39,952 nucleotides of DNA, taken from assembly GCA_051439565.1 (NCBI GenBank), contig JBFRWL010000562.1, forward strand, positions 1-39,952, written 5' to 3'. The notes under the pieces were generated by a model that made no database searches, was not told the DNA's origin, and saw only the letters and a list, made by a program, of their open reading frames with translations. A program made the translations under genes and the position numbers. Below are positions 6,938-15,291 of this stretch, in pieces; the first letter of the stretch is position 1; each line of letters starts with the position of its first letter. This DNA comes from Prochloraceae cyanobacterium. Its GTDB lineage: Bacteria > Cyanobacteriota > Cyanobacteriia > Cyanobacteriales > JBFRWL01.

Positions 6938-9265
6938 CTAGGCAATCGTAAAATTATCTACTGAAATCGTCAATTCAGGAGCTAGTTTAGCAAATTGACC
7001 GCCAGAGCCAAAACCGACAATATTGCCATCGGAATTATAGAACAAAGAACCTGAAGAGCGATCGTAGACAATCAATGCTTCAGCATTCAAAGCATCTGCT
7101 ACATTATTCACCTCAGCAAAGGTAAGAAATTCTCCAAAGGTATCTTTACTAAGGGAGATAGTATCTTCTGGAGTAAAGTCGATAATTTGGTCTACTCCTA
7201 AATCCCTAAACTGAAGGTTCTTACCCCCAAACTGAAAAACATCTGCACCATCTCCACCAACTAGAATGTCATCGTCCCGTTGTCCATTAAGGATATCATT
7301 GCCAGCTCCCCCTTGGAGAATATCTATTCCCTGACCCCCTAAAAGGGTGTCATTTCCTTCTCCTCCATTCAGAATGTCATTACCCCCCTGCCCTTGCAGA
7401 AGGTCTGCTCCCTGATAACCTAAAAGGATGTCATCGCCCCTCTTGCCATTCAGGGTGTCATCCCCCAATCCGCCTTGGAGAATATCATTTCTAGATGTCC
7501 CATTGTTGACTAGGGAAAAAACGTTATCCTGGATGATTTTTGTATCGGTGTTGCGGCGAATAATATGTGAGAGCTTTGTGCTTTCAATTGCCTCAATTTC
7601 CTTGGCTGTTAATAGATTCTCATAGTAGAAGCGATCCCCGTCCCTCAACCTCAGGAATTGGTCAGTAAGAACTGTTTTTAGAGTTTCTCCTACACTAGAT
7701 CCTGGTAGATGATCTTCTGCTAACATACCAATCCAGGGATCGATCTTATCTACACTACCGTAAAGCTGACGTAATTTATCTTGAAGCTCCAGATCTGAAG
7801 TAATTTCTGCAAAGCTATTGACTCGCCACAGCCCAAACGCTTTTCGTATAGTGTTATAGTCAGACAAACCATTTATTCGTCCTCGCTGAATATTGATCGC
7901 AGCTAAGTCCCGTCCTATAGCATTAGGTCCACCACCAAACAGCAAGTTACGCACGTCATCAATTACTTTAGTGTCTATCTTCTGGCTAAGTGAGGAGGCG
8001 ATGCCTCGCAGGATGGAAGCGATACCAGTTTTGGCAAGTCCTTCCCCTCGTGGGAAAAAGGCATCAGCTAGAGTGAGGTTTCCTTCTGGAATTACGTTAC
8101 CCTTATGGTCTAGTCGCAGAATCTTTGAACTGAGTTGGGTGTGACCCAGACGAAAAGCAGCAGTACTGAAAGTGCGGCTGATACCTGGGTTAACTAGGGG
8201 ATTGTAGCCTCTGTACTCGGGCAGTGTCTTTCCCAGTAACGTAGGTAAATACTCGTTATAGGTGATACTCTGCATCTGGGCGACGTTAATTTGACGAGCA
8301 CGCTGAAATAGTTGCTCGTCTGTCCAGTAGGGATGCACCTGTGCCAGTTGCTTCGCAATACGGTTGTGTTCTCGTACAAAGAGGGTGTGGATAGAAGTCA
8401 GAACTGAGTTTTCGTTGCTGCGTACATCTCCAGCCACAAACAGGCTGGTAGGGTCTTGTCCTGTGGGGTTATCGTTTTCTTTTATGGTGCCATCGTTGTA
8501 GGGCAGTAGGTTTCCCTTACTAGTTTTTAGCTTGCCACCAAAAAAAGTGCGCAAAAACTTAGCACGCTCTTCGCTAGAACCGTAAACATTTGACCCATCG
8601 ATGAAGGCAGTGATTTTATTAGGTAGTTGTCGCGGATTGTAAGGATCGGTACCAGTACCTTTGACAAAGAGAGTATCAAAGAGTGGGATTTTCGTACCTT
8701 TTGGAAAAAAGGAGTCGTCAGGTGGAACAATGATGCCAGCATCCTTTTCTGATGCTTCAGGAGTGAGGCTGATGTCGTGGTCAAGAAATTGTCCCCATGC
8801 CCAGATAAAGTTAGTCAGCCCTCGTGATTCAGGCATGTTTTCTTTTTGCTCGGAGACTACATTGCTAATGTGACGGGGGTTTTGGGGTCGGTCTGCGGGG
8901 GTAGAAAATCCGTCTTTGTAGGCTAGGGGGGCAATATTTAAGAGATTGCTGTCAGCAGCACCCCAATAAATATTTTGTTGGTTATTACCAATACCGTCGA
9001 TAGGAGCGGCTTCAAAATAACTTGGCTCAAAGGGAACTGGACCGCCAAAAATATTACCTTGTTCAAAAGGATCTTTTTGGATTAATGAGCTGTACAGATT
9101 TTCATAATCGAGCCGATCGCTATTTGTTAAATTTTCTAATTGAACCGTGAGGTTAGCGAAAAAACTCTCAATTCTACTAGCTTTTATTAAGACATTTTCT
9201 GACAACAAATTAATCAAAATGTCTCTTTCAAAGAAAACTGGCAGTATTATTGATTGATTATTCAT
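6938..9265 (-). CDS. Animal-type heme peroxidase (peroxidase-cyclooxygenase superfamily) fused to C-terminal RTX Ca-binding repeats.
   Basis: The 775-aa ORF has the distal motif WGQFLDHD (Q159, D162, H163, D164) and GDVRSNE (R282, E285). It also has the Ca-site TAFIDGSNVYGS and the proximal FRLGH (H375). About 9 nonapeptides (GGLGDDTLNGKRGDDILLG...GGAGNDILNG...) and a ~100-aa tail follow. There is no signal peptide. Confidence 0.9.
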   Translation of the reverse strand: MNNQSIILPVFFERDILINLLSENVLIKASRIESFFANLTVQLENLTNSDRLDYENLYSSLIQKDPFEQGNIFGGPVPFEPSYFEAAPIDGIGNNQQNIYWGAADSNLLNIAPLAYKDGFSTPADRPQNPRHISNVVSEQKENMPESRGLTNFIWAWGQFLDHDISLTPEASEKDAGIIVPPDDSFFPKGTKIPLFDTLFVKGTGTDPYNPRQLPNKITAFIDGSNVYGSSEERAKFLRTFFGGKLKTSKGNLLPYNDGTIKENDNPTGQDPTSLFVAGDVRSNENSVLTSIHTLFVREHNRIAKQLAQVHPYWTDEQLFQRARQINVAQMQSITYNEYLPTLLGKTLPEYRGYNPLVNPGISRTFSTAAFRLGHTQLSSKILRLDHKGNVIPEGNLTLADAFFPRGEGLAKTGIASILRGIASSLSQKIDTKVIDDVRNLLFGGGPNAIGRDLAAINIQRGRINGLSDYNTIRKAFGLWRVNSFAEITSDLELQDKLRQLYGSVDKIDPWIGMLAEDHLPGSSVGETLKTVLTDQFLRLRDGDRFYYENLLTAKEIEAIESTKLSHIIRRNTDTKIIQDNVFSLVNNGTSRNDILQGGLGDDTLNGKRGDDILLGYQGADLLQGQGGNDILNGGEGNDTLLGGQGIDILQGGAGNDILNGQRDDDILVGGDGADVFQFGGKNLQFRDLGVDQIIDFTPEDTISLSKDTFGEFLTFAEVNNVADALNAEALIVYDRSSGSLFYNSDGNIVGFGSGGQFAKLAPELTISVDNFTIA

Positions 9266-9650
9266 TGATTGTGCGTATTAGAATCCACAATCAATAATCA
9301 TCTTTTTTTTTGGAGATTACTTGCCATTTTGGCAGATTTTTAGGAGGGTATTTGTTGCTATCTAAATCAGGTGCAAACAGGATAAACTGTTGCTCAATTC
9401 ACTATTTTTTAAGTATTCTTTAACACTTCTTAAACTATAGTTAAAGGTATTCCAGATAACTAATTCAACAATTGTAGAAGCGTTTGTTAAGAAATGTAAG
9501 AAACAGCTAATTATAATGTTACAAATGTTTTGGGTATATTGTTAATACCTAGGCTGGAAGGCAGAAGAAGCAATAATGCTAGACTATCTTATTATATGTA
9601 TTGCGTTAGATGAGATAATTAAACGGGTCAGAATTGATTAGGCTACGAAA

Positions 9651-10655
9651 ATGAAAGCCATAGTCATGACAGAACCGGGTAGTCCTGTCGTCCTAAAACT
9701 TCAGGAAGTGCCCGAAGTAAAAATCGAAAAACCTACTGAACTTCTAATCAAGCTAAAAGCAGCAGGAGTAAACCCGATCGATACTAAAATACGTCGCCGA
9801 GGAACTTTTTATCCAGAGCAAATGCCAGCTATCTTAGGCTGTGATGGCGCTGGGATAGTGGAAGCTGTGGGTGCCTCTGTGGAACGTTTTCAACCAGGCG
9901 ATGAGGTTTACTTTTGTGCTGGTGGATTAGGTAAATCAGGAACTGGTAATTATACTCAGTTGGCAGTAGTAGAAGAGCGATTAGTTGCTTACAAACCGAG
10001 TTCTCTTTCCTTTGCCGAAGCTGCTGCGGCACCCTTGGTTTTAATTACCGCCTGGGAAGCACTCTACGATCGAGGTAGAGTCAAACCAGGACAAAAGGTG
10101 TTAATTCATGCTGGTGCGGGTGGTGTCGGTCACGTCGCTATCCAGCTAGCCAAACTCGAAGGTGCCGAAGTTTGTACTACTGTGGGTTCCCAGGATAAAG
10201 CTAGATTAGCACGTCAGTTCGGTGCTGAGTGCCCTATTCTTTACAAACAAACGGATTTTGTGGAAGCTGTCCTAGATTGGACTGGAGGAAACGGAGTAGA
10301 TCTAGCTTTTGATACCGTCGGCGGTAAGACTTTTTACGATAGCTGTAAAGCAGTGCGGGTGTATGGGGATCTAGTGACTCTTCTCCAACCCGATTCTAGC
10401 TTCGGTAATTTAAAAATAGCCCGCCAGCGGAACCTTCGTATTAGTCTAGAATTAATGCTCACTCCTGCTTTAAAAGCAATTGTTAGCGCTCAACAGCATC
10501 AAACAGAAATACTCAAACAGTCTGCTAGTTGGATTGATGAAGGCAAATTAAAAATTCACCTGTCGCAAACTTTTCCGCTCAAAAATGCTGCTGATGCTCA
10601 TCAAGCGATCGAAACTGGTTCAATGACTGGCAAAATTGCTTTACTAATTGATTGA
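9651..10655 (+). CDS. NADPH:quinone oxidoreductase, a zinc-independent MDR-family oxidoreductase.
   Basis: The 334-aa ORF has LGCDGAGIVEAVG and the Rossmann motif AGAGGVGHVAIQLAK. This is the typical QOR/MDR layout. Confidence 0.8.
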   Translation: MKAIVMTEPGSPVVLKLQEVPEVKIEKPTELLIKLKAAGVNPIDTKIRRRGTFYPEQMPAILGCDGAGIVEAVGASVERFQPGDEVYFCAGGLGKSGTGNYTQLAVVEERLVAYKPSSLSFAEAAAAPLVLITAWEALYDRGRVKPGQKVLIHAGAGGVGHVAIQLAKLEGAEVCTTVGSQDKARLARQFGAECPILYKQTDFVEAVLDWTGGNGVDLAFDTVGGKTFYDSCKAVRVYGDLVTLLQPDSSFGNLKIARQRNLRISLELMLTPALKAIVSAQQHQTEILKQSASWIDEGKLKIHLSQTFPLKNAADAHQAIETGSMTGKIALLID

Positions 10656-11051
10656 AGCTGGTCATAATCTACAGCGGCTTTATAGTCGTCTGATTCAGTT
10701 CGCTCTTTCTGGTTGGGAGAGTAATGAGATCTATCTAAGTTTAAATACATCGATGTTATGGAATCGCTATTGTTTGATGACTCTCCAGATATATTGGTGC
10801 AAACTGTATAGCAGGCTACAACTTATTTTTTGTAGGTTACGGCGCGAACAGGAAAACTATACTATAATTTACAAATTATGACCCACACCTAACCTATACT
10901 ACAATATATAATCTTTTCTTATCACCACAGATACGGTAGACCCATTACCTAAAAATAATTAACTATTACTTTTATAAATATCTAAAAATACTTAATTAAC
11001 AATATTGATTATTTTAAATTAAAACCAGTCGCGCTACCATAAACATATATT

Positions 11052-11339
11052 CTTATCGATAAGGGTTATCATCCCAATAAATTAGAGGAAGAACTCAAGA
11101 AGATTTACCCAGAAATAATGACAAAGATTAACTTTGAACTTGCTCCCAAACCTTCAAAAAAAGAAAAGGACAAACAAAGATGATCGGGATTTGTTCCTGT
11201 CAAAGTGAGATGGGTAATAGAAAGAAGTAATTCCTGGATGGAAAGATGTAAAAGTTTAATTAAAAATTTTGAGAGAACGTTAGATCATGCTAAAACCAAG
11301 CTCGATGTTCGGTATAAGTTAGCGGACGCAATCCGCTAA
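11052..11339 (+). pseudogene. C-terminal relic of an IS5-family (DDE_Tnp_1) transposase gene.
   Basis: The frame reads LIDKGYHPNKLEEELKKIYPE...KQR*SGFVPVKVRWVIERSNSWMERCKSLIKNFERTLDHAKTKL. The DKGY and RWV(I/V)ER.NSW motifs are characteristic of the family. There is an in-frame TGA at 11181, the N-terminal two thirds are missing, and no terminal repeats were seen. Confidence 0.7.
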
Positions 11340-11441
11340 CATGCCCTCCACCCTCCAAAGATCCCAAATGGGTTCTATATACATGGCAGTGATAAGCCGT
11401 CGTTTACTTTACTCAAAATGCTCCGGATAATCCTCAGCCGA

Positions 11442-11849
11442 TTAGGGATTTAGTTCCCAAAGCTTTCTATCGCGCCACTCTAACTTTTCAGAAGTTCTTA
11501 CTGGTTCCCCATCCAGAGAAGCAATACCCATCGAATCAAGTAAATCTTCGGTCACATTTTGGTCAGGAGTAGGAGTCTGTCCACCAACAGCTTCTTCCCC
11601 TACTACTTCTGCCTGATATAAATTATCGTCCAAATCGCCACCTGTCACACCAGAACCAGAAATAAGAGTTGTTCTTAACTTCTCCATTGTCCTTCCCATA
11701 CCAGTGTCGCGGTCAACCAAACCCTCACTCATTGGATTGGTATATTCTGTTTCGACCAAAGAAGTTAATGATATTTCCTCAGCATACGATTCAACCAATG
11801 GCTCTGATAAAGAGTTAACTACATCTGGTCTGTTTTTATCTACCATCAT
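11442..11849 (-). CDS. Hypothetical acidic protein (135 aa).
   Basis: It is a clean ORF with no recognisable catalytic motif. The C-terminal segment (GGQTPTPDQNV.EDLLDSMGI....EP......L.WRDRKLWELNP) resembles a small conserved cyanobacterial family, but I cannot name it with certainty. Confidence 0.55.
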   Translation of the reverse strand: MMVDKNRPDVVNSLSEPLVESYAEEISLTSLVETEYTNPMSEGLVDRDTGMGRTMEKLRTTLISGSGVTGGDLDDNLYQAEVVGEEAVGGQTPTPDQNVTEDLLDSMGIASLDGEPVRTSEKLEWRDRKLWELNP

Positions 11850-12261
11850 GTTCTCTTCCTTCCAGCTTGCTAAATTTTTGCTGGCTTTTAGGGCTACCGA
11901 CTCAAAGCGGGACAGGCTGGTTGAGACTAGATGTTAGGTTTTTAGGTGTCAGGTAGCGCAGTCTTATTAACTTGATACCTTATCATCGTCAAAATTCACC
12001 AGCTTTTGTTGATAGCTGCTTTTAGAGTCTGTTATTACTTTAATTGTAATATTTTCTGGTGTACAGATAGCCTTTTAGAATACAACAAGCATAGACTATA
12101 GCAATCCTAGAAACTATGGGTAGTTCACTGAAAGGATACTTTGACAAGTACGAGATAAAATAGGTCCCTGCCGTGCTAAATTTTCATGAAACTCAAGAGC
12201 ATCTGGGAAAATCAGCGTTCAGAATAGTTAAGAGTAACAAGGCTCTATAGAAGATAAAATC

Positions 12262-14232
12262 ATGTCACAACCGACGATCGAATCAGTTCTTAAAGAAGAG
12301 CGTTTATTTCCCCCACCTGCTGAGTTTTCCCAAAAAGCTCATATTAAGAGTATGGAAGAATATAAGCAACTCTACGATAAGGCAAAAGCAGATCCGGAGA
12401 AGTTTTGGGCAGAGTTAGCTGAACAAGAATTGCACTGGTTCCAGAAGTGGGACAAAGTATTAGATTGGCAACCGCCCTTTGCCAAGTGGTTTGTTGGCGG
12501 CAAGCTGAATATTTCTTACAATTGCTTAGATCGCCATCTCACCACAGAACGGCGCGACCAACCAGCTTTGATTTGGGAAGGAGAACCGGGCGATTCTCGC
12601 ACCTTCACCTATGCTGAACTGCATCGGGAAGTTTGTCAGTTTGCCAACGCGCTAAAACAGTTGGGGGTCGAAAAAGGCGATCGCGTCGGCATCTATATGC
12701 CCATGATTCCCGAAGCAGCTATAGCAATGCTTGCCTGCGTTCGTCTGGGCGCTCCTCACACGGTTGTTTTTGGTGGTTTTAGTGCTGAGGCGCTCAAAGA
12801 CCGCTTACTCGATGCTGAAGCCAAGGTCGTTATTACCGCTGATGGTGGCTGGCGCAAGGATGCTATTGTTCCTCTCAAAGAACAGGTCGATAAAGCCCTA
12901 GCAAATAACGCCGTACCTAGCCTAAAAAGTGTTCTAGTAGTCAAGCGTACAGCTCAGCAAATCCAGATGGAAGCAGACCGCGATTACTGGTGGCATGAGC
13001 TACAAAAGGGGGTTTCGACTGACTGCCCCGCTGAGCCGATGGACAGCGAGGATATGGCTTTTATACTCTACACTTCCGGCACTACTGGCAAACCCAAAGG
13101 CGTAGTTCACACTACTGGCGGTTATAACCTCTACACTCACATGACCACCAAGTGGGTTTTTGACCTTCAAGATACTGATATCTACTGGTGTAGTGCTGAT
13201 GTTGGTTGGATTACTGGTCACAGCTACATTGTTTATGGCCCCTTGTCTAATGGTGCCACCACGTTGATGTATGAGGGTGCTCCCCGTCCCTCAAATCCTG
13301 GCTGTTTCTGGGATATAGTGCAAAAATACGGCGTCACCATCTTTTATACTGCTCCTACGGCGATTCGGATGTTTATGAAGATGGGGGAAGAGTTACCCCG
13401 ATCGCGCGACTTATCTTCCCTACGCTTATTAGGGACTGTGGGCGAGCCGATTAATCCAGAAGCCTGGATGTGGTACTATCGAGCGATCGGTGGCGAACGC
13501 TGTCCGATTGTGGATACTTGGTGGCAAACAGAAACGGGTGGAATTATGATTACGCCATTACCGGGGGCAATTCCCACCAAACCTGGTGCTGCTACCCTGC
13601 CTTTTCCTGGAATCGTAGTTAATGTGGTCGATTTGGAAGGTAATCCAGTGGGTCCAAACCAGGGGGGTTATCTGGCGATCAAGCATCCTTGGCCGAGCAT
13701 GATTCGTACTGTTTATAAAAATCCCGATCGCTTCCGCCGCACCTATTGGGAGCCAATTACTCCTAAAGACGGGCAATACTTCTACTTTACTGGCGATGGA
13801 GCCCGCCGAGACGAAGATGGTTACTTGTGGGTAATGGGTCGAGTCGATGACGTAATTAACATTGCCGGACACCGATTGGGTACGATGGAAGTAGAATCAG
13901 CTCTGGTCTCTCACCAGGCAGTAGCTGAAGCAGCAGTTGTAGGAAAACCCAATGCAATCAAAGGGGAAGAAATTGTTGCGTTCGTTACCTTAGAGTCGAG
14001 TTATCCTTCCAGCGAGGAGTTAAATAAAGAACTCAAGCAGCACGTGGTAGAGGAAATTGGCGCGATCGCTCGCCCCTCTGAAATACGCTTTACTGAAGCT
14101 CTACCCAAGACTCGTTCGGGTAAGATTATGCGTCGCTTGTTGCGCAATTTAGCTGCAGGTGAAGAAGTGGTGGGAGATACCTCTACCCTCGAAGATCGCA
14201 GCGTATTAGAGAAGTTGCGAGGAGAAGCATAG
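12262..14232 (+). CDS. acs: Acetyl-CoA synthetase (AMP-forming).
   Basis: The 656-aa ORF has the AMP-binding signature [11 protein letters not shown], plus WWQTETGG and the C-terminal [12 protein letters not shown]. The match is full length and Acs-like. Confidence 0.95.
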   Translation: MSQPTIESVLKEERLFPPPAEFSQKAHIKSMEEYKQLYDKAKADPEKFWAELAEQELHWFQKWDKVLDWQPPFAKWFVGGKLNISYNCLDRHLTTERRDQPALIWEGEPGDSRTFTYAELHREVCQFANALKQLGVEKGDRVGIYMPMIPEAAIAMLACVRLGAPHTVVFGGFSAEALKDRLLDAEAKVVITADGGWRKDAIVPLKEQVDKALANNAVPSLKSVLVVKRTAQQIQMEADRDYWWHELQKGVSTDCPAEPMDSEDMAFILYTSGTTGKPKGVVHTTGGYNLYTHMTTKWVFDLQDTDIYWCSADVGWITGHSYIVYGPLSNGATTLMYEGAPRPSNPGCFWDIVQKYGVTIFYTAPTAIRMFMKMGEELPRSRDLSSLRLLGTVGEPINPEAWMWYYRAIGGERCPIVDTWWQTETGGIMITPLPGAIPTKPGAATLPFPGIVVNVVDLEGNPVGPNQGGYLAIKHPWPSMIRTVYKNPDRFRRTYWEPITPKDGQYFYFTGDGARRDEDGYLWVMGRVDDVINIAGHRLGTMEVESALVSHQAVAEAAVVGKPNAIKGEEIVAFVTLESSYPSSEELNKELKQHVVEEIGAIARPSEIRFTEALPKTRSGKIMRRLLRNLAAGEEVVGDTSTLEDRSVLEKLRGEA

Positions 14233-14265
14233 TAGCATCAGAAACTTCTGGGAAAAGAGATGCTA

Positions 14266-14377
14266 GGGGTCAGGGAGCAGGGGAGCAGGGGAGCAGGGGA
14301 GCAGGGGAGCAGGGGAGACAAGGGGGACAAGGGAGATAAAATTACTTCCCACACTTCCCACACTTCCCACACTCCCC
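14266..14377. repeat. Compound simple repeat. An octamer (GGGGAGCA, about 5 units) forms a G-tract block, followed by a nonamer (CTTCCCACA, about 3 units) forming a C-tract block.
   Basis: Nine runs of G3-5 lie between 14266 and 14333, separated by 3-5 nt. Four runs of C3-4 lie between 14348 and 14377, separated by 5-6 nt. The block starts 34 nt after the acs stop. Confidence 0.9.
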
Positions 14378-14419
14378 TAAATAATTCGATCGCTGTTAAA
14401 TTCACTATCAAAAGGCAAC

Positions 14420-15241
14420 ATGGTTAATCTAACTACGTCAGTTCAAGGAACTATTGAGTTTAATTCTGTTTATGGACCAGTAAAATCGTGGCGCTATGGA
14501 CGATCGCTCGGTATAGATCCGATCGGATCTATATCTACTTGTTCCTTCAATTGTGTCTACTGTCAGCTAGGAGAGATTGAACGCAAAACAAGCGATCGCC
14601 AAGTTTTTTTACCTACAGAGAAGATAATACAAGACTTGCAAGCTTTTGCCCCTTGGGAAGTAGATGTTATTACTCTCAGTGGCAGTGGCGAACCGACCTT
14701 AGCATTGAATTTAGCAGAGATTATCTCTCAAATTAAGCAACTGACGGGCAAACCAGTAGCAGTACTGACTAATGGTACGCTTTTGGGTAACTCACAAGTG
14801 CGCCAAGCATTGTCTTTGGCGGATAAAGTTGCAGTTAAACTAGATGCTGTCTCGGACAAGCAATTGAGGCGTATTAACCGACCCGTAGATGGTATTGAGT
14901 GGGAGGATATCTGGGCAGGATTGAAGCAGTTTCGGACTGAATTTACCGGGGAACTGGGGATTCAGACTATGATTTTAACTCCTTGGGACGATTCTACGAA
15001 AACAGAATTCATTCGCTTGATGCGATCGCTACTACCAGATGAAATTCAAATCAATACTCCTAGCCGTCCCAAACCCTTAAAACATCAACTAGAAGCGCGA
15101 GGAAATCACACTAGTGCTAGCGAACGTCCTTACCCCGTGCTTACTTTCCGTCCAGTTAGCGCTGATTTTCTGCAATCTTTCGCTACTGAGATTTACTCAT
15201 CAACTAAAATCCGCGTTCGCCGTTCGCCTAACCGGACTTAA
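14420..15241 (+). CDS. Radical SAM protein, subfamily unassigned.
   Basis: The 273-aa ORF has CSFNCVYCQ (the CxxxCxxC cluster motif) followed by the LSGSGEPTL glycine-rich SAM motif. Confidence 0.8.
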   Translation: MVNLTTSVQGTIEFNSVYGPVKSWRYGRSLGIDPIGSISTCSFNCVYCQLGEIERKTSDRQVFLPTEKIIQDLQAFAPWEVDVITLSGSGEPTLALNLAEIISQIKQLTGKPVAVLTNGTLLGNSQVRQALSLADKVAVKLDAVSDKQLRRINRPVDGIEWEDIWAGLKQFRTEFTGELGIQTMILTPWDDSTKTEFIRLMRSLLPDEIQINTPSRPKPLKHQLEARGNHTSASERPYPVLTFRPVSADFLQSFATEIYSSTKIRVRRSPNRT

Positions 15242-15291
15242 ACAATTTTGATATGGCGCTGTGCAGAGAATGTGAGGATCTAAATGGAAGC

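Noticed and set aside
9278-9301. Upstream in-frame ATG (9301) as the true start of the peroxidase.
   Set aside because: An in-frame TAA at 9280-9278 separates it from the main ORF. It can only be a 7-codon uORF.
10648-10881. 77-aa ORF overlapping the end of the oxidoreductase gene.
   Set aside because: It has AT-rich, low-information sequence with no motifs. It overlaps the stop of a good gene and runs into the decayed IS region.
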